Positions 41,001 to 53,970 of a stretch of 64,000 bases of DNA are shown in pieces; position 1 is the first letter of the stretch, and each line of letters starts with the position of its first letter. Origin of the DNA: Eledone cirrhosa (taxonomy: Eukaryota); the NCBI GenBank assembly GCA_964016885.1, contig OZ024744.1:18042001-18106000 (forward strand). Reading direction: 5' to 3'. The position numbers were made by a program, and so were the translations under genes. The notes under the pieces were generated by a model. It worked only from the letters and a program-made list of their open reading frames with translations. It ran no database searches and had not been told where the DNA came from.

Positions 41001-44000
41001 TGTCATTGTATCTTTGTGTATGTATGTGTCACTGTGTATGTCACTGTATCTTTGTGTATGTCTGTGTCATTGTGTATGTCACTGTGTGTTTCTGTATGTT
41101 TGTGTCACTGTGTATGTCTGTGTAACTGTGTATGTCACTGTATCTTTGTGTATGTCTGTGTCACGGTGTATATCACTGTATGTTTGTGTATGTCTGTGTC
41201 ACTCTATATGTCACTGTATGTTTCTGTATGTATGTGTCACTGTGTATGTCAATGTGTGTTTCTGTATCTCTGTGTCACTGTGTATGTCACTGTATGTTTC
41301 TGTATGTCTGTGTCACTGTGTATGTCACTGTGTGTTTCTGTATGTCTGTGTCACTGTGCATGTCACTGTATCTTTGTGTATGTCTGTGTCACTGTGTATG
41401 TCACTGTGTGTTTCTGTATGTCTGTGTCACTGTCTATGTCACTGTATGTTTCTGAATGTCTGTGTCACTGTGTATGTCACTGTATGTTTGTGTGTGTCTA
41501 TGTCACTGTGTATGTCACTGTGTGTTTCTGTATGTCTGTGTCACCGTGTATGTCACTGTATCTTTGTGTATGCCTGTGTCACTGTGTATGTCACTGTGTG
41601 TTTCTGTATGTCTGTGTCACTGTGTATGTCACTGTGTGTTTCTGTATGTTTGTGTCACTGTGTATGTCACTAAATGTTTGTGTGTGTCTGTGTCTCTGTC
41701 TATGTCACTGTGTGTTTGCGTGTGTCTGTGTCACTGCGTATGTCACTGTGTGTTTGTGTATGTCTGTGTCACTGTATGTTTCTGTATGTCTGTTTCACTG
41801 TGTATGTCACTGTGTGTTTCTGTATGTATGTGTCACCGTGTATGTCACTGTAAATTTGTGTATGCCTTTGTCACTGTGTATGTCACTGTGTGTTTCTGTA
41901 TGTCTGTGTCACTGTGTATGTCACTGTGTGTTTCTGTATCTTTGTGTCACTGTGTATGTCACTAAATGTTTGTGTGTGTGTGTGTGTCTCTGTGTATGTC
42001 ACTGTGTGTTTGCGTGTGTCTGTGTCACTGTGTATGTCACTGTGTAGTTCTGTATGTCCGTGTCACTGTGTATGTCACTGTGTGTTTCTGTATGTTTGTG
42101 TCACTGTGTATGTCACTAAATGTTTGTGTGTGTCTGTGTCTCTGTCTATGTCACTGTGTGTTTGCGTGTGTCTGTGTCACTGCGTATGTTACTGTGTGTT
42201 TCTGTATGTCTGTGTGACTGTGTATGTCACTGTGTGTTTGTGTATGTCTGTGTCACTGTGTGTTTCTGTATGTATGTGTCACCGTGTATGTCACTGTATA
42301 TTTGTGTATGCCTTTGTCACTGTGTATGTCACTGTGTGTTTATGTATGTCTGTGTCACTGTGTATGTCACTGTGTGTTTCTGTATGTTTGTGTCACTGTG
42401 TATGTCACTAAATGTTTGTGTGTGTCTGTGTCTCTGTGTATGTCACTGTGTGTTTCTGTATGTCTGTGTGACTGTGTATGTCACTCTGTGTTTGTGTATG
42501 TCTGTGTCACTGTGTGTGTTTCTGTATGTCTGTGTCACTGTGTATGTCATTGTATCTTTGTGTATGTATGTGTCACTTTGTATGTCACTGTATCTTTGTG
42601 TATGTCTGTGTCACTCTGTATGTCACTGTATATTTATGTATGTCTGTGTCACTGTGTATGTCACTGTATGTTTCTGTATGTCTGTGTCACTGTGTATGTC
42701 ACTGTATGTTTCTGTATGTCTGTGTCACTGTATATGTCACTGTATCTTTGTGTATGTCTGTGTCACTGTGTATGTCACTGTGTGTTTCTGTATGTATGTA
42801 TCACTGTGTATGTCACTGTGTGTTTCTGTATGTCTGTGTCAATGTGTAAGTCATTGTATCTTTGTGTATGTCAATGTGTGTTTCTGTATGTATGTGTCTC
42901 TGTGTATGTCATTGTATCTTTGTGTATGTATGTGTCACTGTGTATGTCACTGTGTGTTTGTGTATACCTGTGTCAATGTGTATGTCACTGTGTGTTTCTG
43001 TATGTATGTGTCACTGTGTATGTCACTGTATGTTTCTGTATGTCTGTTTCACTGTGTATGTCACTGTGTGTTTCTGTATGTCTGTGTCACTCTGTATGTC
43101 ACTGTATGGTTCTGAATGTTTGTGTCACTGTGTATGTCACTGTGTGTTTGCGTGTGTCTGTGTCACTGTGTATGTCACTGTGTGTTTCTGTATGTCTGTG
43201 TGACTGTGTATGTCACTCTGTGTTTGTGTATGTCTGTGTCACTGTGTGTGTTTCTGTATGTCTGTGTCACTGTGTATGTCATTGTATCTTTGTGTATGTA
43301 TGTGTCACTGTGTATGTCACTGTATCTTTGTGTATGTCTGTGTCATTGTGTATGTCACTGTGTGTTTCTGTATGTTTGTGTCACTGTGTATGTCTGTGTA
43401 ACTGTGTATGTCACTGTATCTTTGTGTATGTTTGTGTCACGGTGTATATCACTGTATGTTTGTGTATGTCTGTGTCACTCTATATGTCACTGTATGTTTC
43501 TGTATGTATGTGTCACTGTGTATGTCAATGTGTGTTTCTGTATCTCTGTGTCACTGTGTATGTCACTGTATGTTTCTGTATGTCTGTGTCACTGTGTATG
43601 TCACTGTGTGTTTCTGTATGTCTGTGTCACTGTGCATGTCACTGTATCTTTGTGTATGTCTGTGTCACTGTGTATGTCACTGTGTGTTTCTGTATGTCTG
43701 TGTCACTGTCTATGTCACTGTATGTTTCTGAATGTCTGTGTCACTGTGTATGTCACTGTATGTTTGTGTGTGTCTATGTCACTGTGTATGTCACTGTGTG
43801 TTTCTGTATGTCTGTGTCACCGTGTATGTCACTGTATCTTTGTGTATGCCTGTGTCACTGTGTATGTCACTGTGTGTTTCTGTATGTCTGTGTCACTGTG
43901 TATGTCACTGTGTGTTTCTGTATGTTTGTGTCACTGTGTATGTCACTAAATGTTTGTGTGTGTCTGTGTCTCTGTCTATGTCACTGTGTGTTTGCGTGTG

Positions 44001-44250
44001 TCTGTGTCACTGCGTATGTCACTGTGTGTTTGTGTATGTCTGTGTCACTGTATGTTTCTGTATGTCTGTTTCACTGTGTATGTCAATGTGTGTTTCCGTA
44101 TGTATGTGTCACCGTGTATGTCACTGTATATTTGTGTATGCCTTTGTCACTGTGTATGTCACTGTGTGTTTCTGTATGTCTGTGTCACTGTGTATGTCAC
44201 TGTGTGTTTCTGTATGTTTGTGTCACTGTGTATGTCACTAAATGTTTGTG
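40500..44250 (+). repeat. Block duplication with 2276-bp offset (~40500-41950 and ~42780-44250)
   Basis: ORF pairs 40586/42862, 40840/43116, 40934/43210, 41132/43408 and 41456/43732 are all offset by 2276. Confidence 0.85.
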
Positions 44251-47200
44251 TGTGTCTATGTCTCTGTGTATGTCACTGTGTTTGCGTGTGTCTGTGTCAC
44301 TGTGTATGTCACTGTGTGTTTCTGTATGTCTGTGTGACTGTGTATGTCACTCTGTGTTTGTGTATGTCTGTGTCACTGTGTGTGTTTCTGTATGTCTGTG
44401 TCACTGTGTATGTCATTGTATCTTTGTGTATGTATGTGTCACTTTGTATGTCACTGTATCTTTGTGTATGTCTGTGTCACTCTGTATGTCACTGTATATT
44501 TATGTATGTCTGTGTCACTGTGTATGTCACTGTATGTTTCTGTATGTCTGTGTCACTGTGTATGTCACTGTATGTTTCTGTATGTATGTGTCACTGTGTA
44601 TGTCACTGTAGCTTTGTGTATGTCTGTGTCCCTGTGTATGTCACTGTATGTTTCTGTATGTCTGTGTCACTGTGTATGTCACTGTGTGTTTCTGTATATC
44701 TGTGTCACTGTGTATGTCACTTTATCTTTGTGTATGTCTGTGTCACCGTGTATGTCACTGTATATTGGTGTATGTCTATGTCACTGTGTATGTCAATGTG
44801 TGTTTATGTATGTCTGTGTCACTGTGTATGTCACTGTATGTTTCTGTATGTCTGCGTCACTGTATATGTCACTGTATGTTTGTGTATGTCTGTGTCACTG
44901 TGTGTTTCTGTATGTCTGTGTCACTATGTATGTCGCTGTATGTTTGTGTTGTCTGTGTCACTGTGTATGTCACTGGGTGTTTCTGTATATCTGTGTCACT
45001 GTGTATGTCACTGTGTGTTTCTGTATGTATGTATCACTGTGTATGTCACTGTGTGTTTCTGTATGTCTGTGTCACTGTGTAAGTCAATGTATCTTTGTGT
45101 ATGTCAATGTGTGTTTCTGTATGTATGTGTCTCTGTGTATGTCACTGTATCTTTGTGTATGTATGTGTCACTGTGTATGTCACTGTGTGTTTGTGTATAC
45201 CTGTGTCAATGTGTATGTCACTGTGTGTTTCTGTATGTATGTGTCACTGTGTATGTCACTGTATGTTTCTGTATGTCTGTTTCACTGTGTGTGTCACTGT
45301 GTGTTTCTGTAAGTCTGTGTCACTCTGTATGTCACTGTATGTTTCTGAATGTTTGTGTCACTGTGTATGTCACTGTGTGTTTGTGTGTGTCTATGTCTCT
45401 GTGTATGTCACTGTGTTTGCGTGTGTCTGTGTCACTGTGTATGTCACTGTGTGTTTCTGTATGTCTGTGTGACTGTGTATGTCACTCTGTGGTTGTGTAT
45501 GTCTGTATCACTGTGTGTGTTTCTGTATGTCTGTGTCACTGTGTATGTCATTGTATCTTTGTGTATGTATGTGTCACTGTGTATGTCACTGTATCTTTGT
45601 GTATGTCCGTGTCATTGTGTATGTCACTGTGTTTCTGTATGTTTGTGTCACTGTGTATGTCACTGTGTGTTTCTGTATATCTGTGTCTATGTGTATGTTA
45701 CTGTATCTTTGTGTATGTCTGTGTAACTGTGTATGTCAGTGTATCTTTGTGTATGTCTGTGTCACGGTGTATATCACTGTATGTTTGTGTATATCTGTGT
45801 CACTCTATATGTCACAGTATGTTTCTGTATGTATGTGTCACTGTGTATGTCACTGTGTGTTTCTGTATGTCTGTGTCACCGTCTATGTCACTGTATGTTT
45901 CTGAATGTCTGTGTCACTGTGTATGTCACTGTGTGTTTCTGTATGTCTGTGTCACGGTGTATGTCACTGTATGTTTGTGTGTGTCTGTGTCACTGTGTAT
46001 GTCACTGTGTGTTTCTGTATGTCTGTGTCACCGTGTATGTCACTGTATCTTTGTGTATGCCTGTGTCACTGTGTATGTCACTGTGTGTTTCTGTATGTCT
46101 GTGTGACTGTGTATGTCACTGTGTGTTTGTGTATGTCTGTGTCACTGTATGTTTCTGTATGTCTGTGTCACTGTGTATGTCACTGTGTGTTTCTGTATGT
46201 CTGTGTCACCGTCTATGTCACTGTATGTTTCTGAATGTCTGTGTCACTGTGTATGTCACTGTGTGTTTCTGTATGTCTGTGTCACGGTGTATGTCACAGT
46301 ATGTTTCTGTATGTATGTGTCACTGTGTATGTCACTGTGTGTTTCTGTATGTATGTGTCACCGTGTATGTCACTGTAAATTTGTGTATGCCTTTGTCACT
46401 GTGTATGTCACTGTGTGTTTCTGTATGTCTGTGTCACTGTGTATGTCACTAAATGTTTGTGTGTGTCTGTGTCTCTGTCTATGTCACTGTGTGTTTGCGT
46501 GTGTCTGTGTCACTGCGTATGTCACTGTGTGTTTCTGTATGTCTGTGTGACTGTGTATGTCACTGTGTGTTTGTGTATGTCTGTGTCACTGTGTGTTTCT
46601 GTATGTATGTGTCACCGTGTATGTCACTGTATATTTGTGTATGCCTTTGTCACTGTGTATGTCACTGTGTGTTTCTGTATGTCTGTGTCACTGTGTATGT
46701 CACTGTGTGTTTCTGTATGTTTGTGTCACTGTGTATGTCACTAAATGTTTGTGTGTGTCTGTGTCTCTGTGTATGTCACTGTGTGTTTGCGTGTGTCTGT
46801 GTCACTGTGTATGTCACTCTGTGTTTGTGTATGTCTGTGTCACTGTGTGTGTTTCTGTATGTCTGTGTCACTGTGTATGTCATTGTATCTTTGTGTATGT
46901 ATGTGTCACTTTGTATGTCACTGTATCTTTGTGTATGTCTGTGTCACTCTGTATGTCACTGTATATTTATCTATGTCTGTGTCACTGTGTATGTCACTGT
47001 ATGTTTCTGTATGTCTGTGTCACTGTGTATGTCACTGTATGTTTCTGTATGTCTGTGTCACTGTGTATGTCACTGTATCTTTGTGTATGTCTGTGTCCCT
47101 GTGTATGTCACTGTATGTTTCTGTATGTCTGTGTCTCTGTGTATGTCACTGTGTGTTTCTGTATGTCTGTGTCACTGTGTATGTCACTTTATCTTTGTGT

Positions 47201-49329
47201 ATGTCTGTGTCACCGTGTATGTCACTATATCTTTGTGTATGTCTGTGTCACCGTGTATGTCACTGTATATTGGTGTATGTCTGTGTCAGTGTGTATGTCA
47301 ATGTGTGTTTATGTATGTCAGTGTCACTGTGTATGTCACTGTATGTTTCTGTATGTCTGTGTCACTGTGTATGTCACTGTGTGTTTCTGTATGTCTGTGT
47401 CACTATGTATGTCGCTGTATGTTTGTGTTGTCTGTGTCACTGTGTATGTCACTGGGTGTTTCTGTATATCTGTGTCACTGTGTATGTCACTGTGTGTTTC
47501 TGTATGTATGTATCACTGTGTATGTCACTGTGTGTTTCTGTATGTCTGTGTCACTGTGTAAGTCATTGTATCTTTGTGTATGTCAATGTGTGTTTCTGTA
47601 TGTATGTGTCTCTGTGTATGTCACTGTATCTTTGTGTATGTATGTGTCACTGTGTATGTCACTGTGTGTTTGTGTATACCTGTGTCAATGTGTATGTCAC
47701 TGTGTGTTTCTGTATGTATGTGTCACTGTGTATGTCACTGTATGTTTCTGTATGTCTGTTTCACTGTGTATGTCACTGTGTGTTTCTGTATGTCTGTGTC
47801 ACTCTGTATGTCACTGTATGTTTCTGAATGTTTGTGTCACTGTGTATGTCACTGTGTGTTTCTGTATGTCTGTGTGACTGTGTATGTCACTCTGTGGTTG
47901 TGTATGTCTGTGTCACTGTGTGTGTTTCTGTATGTCTGTGTCACTGTGTATGTCATTGTATCTTTGTGTATGTATGTGTCACTCTGTATGTTACTGTATC
48001 TTTGTGTATGTCCGTGTCATTGTGTATGTCACTGTGTGTTTCTGTATGTTTGTGTCACTGTGTATGTCACTGTGTGTTTCTGTATATCTGTGTCTATGTG
48101 TATGTTAATGTATCTTTGTGTATGTCTGTGTAACTGTGTATGTCACTGTATCTTTGTGTATGTCTGTGTCACGGTGTATATCACTGTATGTTTATGTATG
48201 TCTGTGTCACTCTATATGTCACTGTATGTTTCTGTATGTATGTGTCACTGTGTATGTCAATGTGTGTTTCTGTATCTCTGTGTCACGGTGTATGTCACTG
48301 TATGTTTGTGTATGTCTGTGTCACTGTGTATGTCACTGTATGTTTCTGTATGTCTGTGTCACTGTGTATGTCACTGTGTGTTTCTGTATGTCTGTGTCAC
48401 TGTGCATGTCACTGTATCTTTGTGTATGTCTGTGTCACTGTGTATGTCACTGTTTGTTTCTGTATGTCTGTGTCACTGTCTATGTCACTGTATGTTTCTG
48501 AATGTCTGTGTCACTGTGTATGTCACTGTGTGTTTCTGTATGTCGGTGTCACCGTGTATGTCACTGTATCTTTGTGTATGCCTGTGTCACTGTGTATGTC
48601 ACTGTGCGTTTCTGTATGTCTGTGTCACTGTGCATGTCACTGTGTGTTTCTGTATGTTTGTGTCACTGTGTATGTCACTGTGTGTTTGTGTATGTCTGTG
48701 TCACTGTATGTTTCTGTATGTCTGTTTCACTGTGTATATCACTGTGTGTTTCTGTATGTATGTGTCACCGTGTATGTCACTGTAAATTTGTGTATGCCTT
48801 TGTCACTGTGTATGTCACTGTGTGTTTCTGTATGTCTGTGTCACTGTGTATGTCACTGTGTGTTTCTGTATGTTTGTGTCACTGTGTATGTCACTAAATG
48901 TTTGTGTGTGTCTGTGTCTCTGTGTATGTCACTGTGTGTTTGCGTGGGTCTGTGTCACTGTGTATGTCACTGTGTGTTTCTGTATGTCTGTGTGACTGTG
49001 TATGTCACTCTGTGTTTGTGTATGTCTGTGTCACTGTGTGTGTTTCTGTATGTCTGTGTCACTGTGTATGTCATTGTATCTTTGTGTATGTATGTGTCAC
49101 TCTGTATGTCACTGTATCTTTGTGTATGTCTGTGTCACTGTGTATGTCACTGTGTGTTTCTGTATGTATGTGTCACTGTCTATGTCACTGTATGTTTCTG
49201 AATGTCTGTGTCACTGTGTATGTCACTGTGTGTTTCTGTATGTTTGTGTCACTGTGTATGTCACTGTGTGTTTGTGTATGTCTGTGTCACTGTATGTTTG
49301 TGTGTGTCTGTGTCACTGTGTATGTCACT

Positions 49330-51030
49330 GTGTGTTTCTGTATGTCTGTGTCACCGTGTATGTCACTGTATCTTTGTGTATGCCTGTGTCACTGTGTATG
49401 TCACTGTGTGTTTCTGTATGTCTGTGTCACTGTGTATGTCACTGTGTGTTTCTGTATGTTTGTGTCACTGTGTATGTCACTAAATGTTTGTGTGTGTCTG
49501 TGTCTCTGTCTATGTCACTGTGTGTTTGCGTGTGTCTGTGTCACTGCGTATGTCACTGTGTGTTTCTGTATGTCTGTGTGACTGTGTATGTCACTGTGTG
49601 TTTGTGTATGTCTGTGTCACTGTATGTTTCTGTATGTCTGTTTCACTGTGTATGTCACTGTGTGTTTCTGTATGTATGTGTCACCGTGTATGTCACTGTA
49701 AATTTGTGTATGCCTTTGTCACTGTGTATGTCACTGTGTGTTTCTGTATGTCTGTGTCACTGTGTATGTCACTGTGTGTTTCTGTATGTTTGTGTCACTG
49801 TGTATGTCACTAAATGTTTGTGTGTGTCTGTGTCTCTGTGTATGTCACTGTGTGTTTGCGTGTGTCTGTGTCACTGTGTATGTCACTGTGTGTTTCTGTA
49901 TGTCTGTGTGACTGTGTATGTCACTCTGTGTTTGTGTATGTCTGTGTCACTGTGTGTGTTTCTGTATGTCTGTGTCACTGTGTATGTCATTGTATCTTTG
50001 TGTATGTATGTGTCACTGTGTATGTCACTGTATGTTTCTGTATGTCTGTTTCACTGTGTATGTCACTGTGTCTTTCTGTATGTCTGTGTCACTCTGTATG
50101 TTACTGTATATTTATGTATGTCTGTGTCACTGTGTATGTCACTGTATGTTTCTGTATGTCTGTGTCACTGTGTATGTCACTGTGTTTCTGTATGTCTGTG
50201 TCACCGTGTATGTCACTGTATCTTTGTGTATGCCTGTGTCACTGTGTATGTCACTGTGTGTTTCTGTATGTCTGTGTCACTGTGTATGTCACTGTGTGTT
50301 TCTGTATGTTTGTGTCACTGTGTATGTCACTAAATGTTTGTGTGTGTCTGTGTCTCTGTCTATGTCACTGTGTGTTTGCGCGTGTCTGTGTCACTGCGTA
50401 TGTCACTGTGTGTTTCTGTATGTCTGTGTGACTGTGTATGTCACTGTGTGTTTGTGTATGTCTGTGTCACTGTATGTTTCTGTATGTCTGTTTCACTGTG
50501 TATGTCACTGTGTGTTTCTGTATGTATGTGTCACCGTGTATGTCACTGTAAATTTGTGTATGCCTTTGTCACTGTGTATGTCACTGTGTGTTTCTGTATG
50601 TCTTTGTCACTGTGTATGTCACTGTGTGTTTCTGTATGTTTGTGTCACTGTGTATGTCACTAAATGTTTGTGTGTGTCTGTGTCTCTGTGTATGTCACTG
50701 TGTGTTTGCGTGTGTCTGTGTCACTGTGTATGTCACTGTGTGTTTCTGTATGTCTGTGTGACTGTGTATGTCACTCTGTGTTTGTGTATGTCTGTGTCAC
50801 TGTGTGTGTTTCTGTATGTCTGTGTCACTGTGTATGTCATTGTATCTTTGTGTATGTATGTGTCACTGTGTATGTCACTGTATGTTTCTGTATGTCTGTT
50901 TCACTGTGTATGTCACTGTGTCTTTCTGTATGTCTGTGTCACTCTGTATGTTACTGTATATTTATGTATGTCTGTGTCACTGTGTATGTCACTGTATGTT
51001 TCTGTATGTCTGTGTCACTGTGTATGTCAC
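49330..51030 (+). repeat. Tandem duplication, 850-bp unit
   Basis: ORF pairs 49484/50334, 49814/50664 and 49918/50768 have offset 850. The variant string tgtgtctttc...gttactgtata is at ~50070 and ~50920. Confidence 0.85.
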
Positions 51031-52249
51031 TGTATGTTTCTGTATGTCTGTGTCACTGTGTATGTCACTGTATCTTTGTGTATGTCTGTGTCCCTGTGTA
51101 TGTCACTGTATGTTTCTGTATGTCTGTGTCACTGTGTATGTCACTGTGTGTTTCTGTATGTCTGTGTCACTGTGTATGTCACTTTATCTTTGTGTATGTC
51201 TGTGTCACCGTGTATGTCACTGTAGATTTGTGTATGTCCGTGTCACTGTGTATGTCAATGTGTGTTTATGTATGTCAGTGTCACTGTGTATGTCACTGTA
51301 TGTTTCTGTATGTCTGCGTCACTGTATATGTCACTGTATGTATCACTGTGTATGTCACTGTGTGTTTCTGTTTGTCTGTGTCACTGTGTAAGTCATTGTA
51401 TCTTTGTATATTTCAATGTGTGTTTCTGTATGTATGTGTCTCTGTGTATGTCACTGTATCTTTGTGTATGTATGTGTCGCTGTGTATGTCACTGTGTGTT
51501 TGTGTATACCTGTGTCACTGTGTATGTTACTGTGAGTTTCTTTATGTCTGTGTCACTGTGTATGTCACTGTATATTTCTGTATGTCTGTGTCAGTGTGTA
51601 TGTCACTGGGTGATTCTGTATGTCTGTGTCACACTGTATATCACTGTATCTTTGTGTAGGTCTGTGTCACCGTGTATGTCACTGTATCTCCATGTATGTC
51701 TGTGTCACTGTATATGTCACTGTATATTTGTGTATGCCTTTGTCACTGTGTATGTCACTGTGTGTTTCTGTATGCCTGTGTCACTGTGTATGTCACTGTG
51801 TGTTTCTGTATGTTTGTGTCACTGTGTATGTCACTAAATGTTTGTGTGTGTCTGTGTCTCTGTGTATGTCACTGTGTGTTTGCGTGTGTCTGTGTCACTG
51901 TGTATGTCACTGTGTGTTTCTGTATGTCTGTGTGACTGTGTATGTCACTCTGTGTTTGTGTATGTCTGTGTCACTGTGTGTGTTTCTGTATGTCTGTGTC
52001 ACTGTGTATGTCATTGTATCTTTGTGTATGTATGTGTCACTTTGTATGTCACTGTATCTTTGTGTATGTCTGTGTCACTCTGTATGTCACTGTATATTTA
52101 TGTATGTCTGTGTCACTGTGTATGTCACTGTATGTTTCTGTATGTCTGTGTCACTGTGTATGTCACTGTATGTTTCTGTATGTCTGTGTCACTGTGTATG
52201 TCACTGTATCTTTGTGTATGTCTGTGTCCCTGTGTATGTCACTGTATGT

Positions 52250-53970
52250 TTCTGTATGTCTGTGTCACTGTGTATGTCACTGTGTGTTTCTGTATGTCTG
52301 TGTCACTGTGTATGTCACTGTGTGTTTCTGTATGTCTGTGTCACTGTGTATGTCACTTTATCTTTGTGCATGTCTGTGTCACCGTGTATGTCACTCTATA
52401 TTGGTGTATGTCTGTGTCACTGTGTATCTCAATGTGTGTTTATGTATGTCAGTGTCACTGTGTATGTCACTGTATGTTTCTGTATGTCTGCGTCACTGTA
52501 TATGTCACTGTATGTTTGTGTATGTCTGTGTCACTGTGTATGTCACTGTGTGTTTCTGTATGTCTGTGTCACTATGTATGTCGCTGTATGTTTGTGTTGT
52601 GTGTGTCACTGTGTATGTCACTGTGTGTTTCTGTATATATGTGTCACTGTGTATGTCACTGTGTGTTTCTGTATGTATGTATCACTGTGTATGTCACTGT
52701 GTGTTTCTGTATATATGTGTCACTGTGTATGTCAATGTTTGTTTCTGTATGTATGTGTCTCTGTGTATGTCACTGTATCTTTGTGTATGTATGTGTCACT
52801 GTGTATGTCACTGTGTGGTTGTGTATACCTGTGTCAATGTGTATGTCACTGTGTGTTTCTGTATGTATGTGTCACTGTGTATGTCACTGTATGTTTCTGT
52901 ATGTCTGTTTCACTGTGTATGTCACTGTGTGTTTCTGTATGTCTGTGTCACTCTGTATGTCACTGTATGTTTCTGAATGTTTGTGTCACTGTGTATGTCA
53001 CTGTGTGTTTGCGTGTGTCTGTGTCACTGTGTATGTCACTGTGTGTTTCTGTATGTCTGTGTGACTGTGTATGTCACTCTGTGGTTGTGTATGTCTGTGT
53101 CACTGTGTGTGTTTCTGTATGTCTGTGTCACTGTGTATGTCACTGTGTGTTTCTGTATGTCTGTGTCACTGTGTATGTCACTGTGTGTTTCTGTATGTCT
53201 GTGTCACTGTGTATGTCACTTTATCTTTGTGCATGTCTGTGTCACCGTGTATGTCACTGTATATTGGTGTATGTCTGTGTAACTGTGTATCTCAATGTGT
53301 GTTTATGTATGTCAGTGTCACTGTGTATGTCACTGTATGTTTCTGTATGTCTGCGTCACTGTATATGTCACTGTATGTTTGTGTATGTCTGTGTCACTGT
53401 GTATGTCACTGTGTGTTTCTGTATGTCTGTGTCACTATGTATGTCGCTGTATGTTTGTGTTGTCTGTGTCACTGTGTATGTCACTGTGTGTTTCTGTATA
53501 TATGTGTCACTGTGTATGTCACTGTGTGTTTCTGTATGTATGTATCACTGTGTATGTCACTGTGTGTTTCTGTATATATGTGTCACTGTGTATGTCAATG
53601 TTTGTTTCTGTATGTATGTGTCTCTGTGTATGTCACTGTATCTTTGTGTATGTATGTGTCACTGTGTATGTCACTCTGTGTTTGTGTATACCTGTGTCAA
53701 TGTGTATGTCACTGTGTGTTTCTGTATGTATGTGTCACTGTGTATGTCACTGTATGTTTCTGTATGTCTGTTTCACTGTGTATGTCACTGTGTGTTTCTG
53801 TATGTCTGTGTCACTCTGTATGTCACTGTATGTTTCTGAATGTTTGTGTCACTGTGTATGTCACTGTGTGTTTGCGTGTGTCTGTGTCACTGTGTATGTC
53901 ACTGTGTGTTTCTGTATGTCTGTGTGACTGTGTATGTCACTCTGTGGTTGTGTATGTCTGTGTCACTGTG
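52250..53970 (+). repeat. Tandem duplication, 863-bp unit
   Basis: ORF pairs 52977/53840 and 53071/53934 have offset 863. The rare variants tttgtgcatg, tattggtg, tatctcaatg and gtcaatgtttg occur in both copies. Confidence 0.85.

Noticed and set aside
41971-41987. Z-DNA-forming or pUG-fold (TG)n tract
   Set aside because: The longest pure TG run seen is only about 8 units, and alternation in the monomer is broken every ~7-10 bp by TC/CT steps. This is too weak to call.
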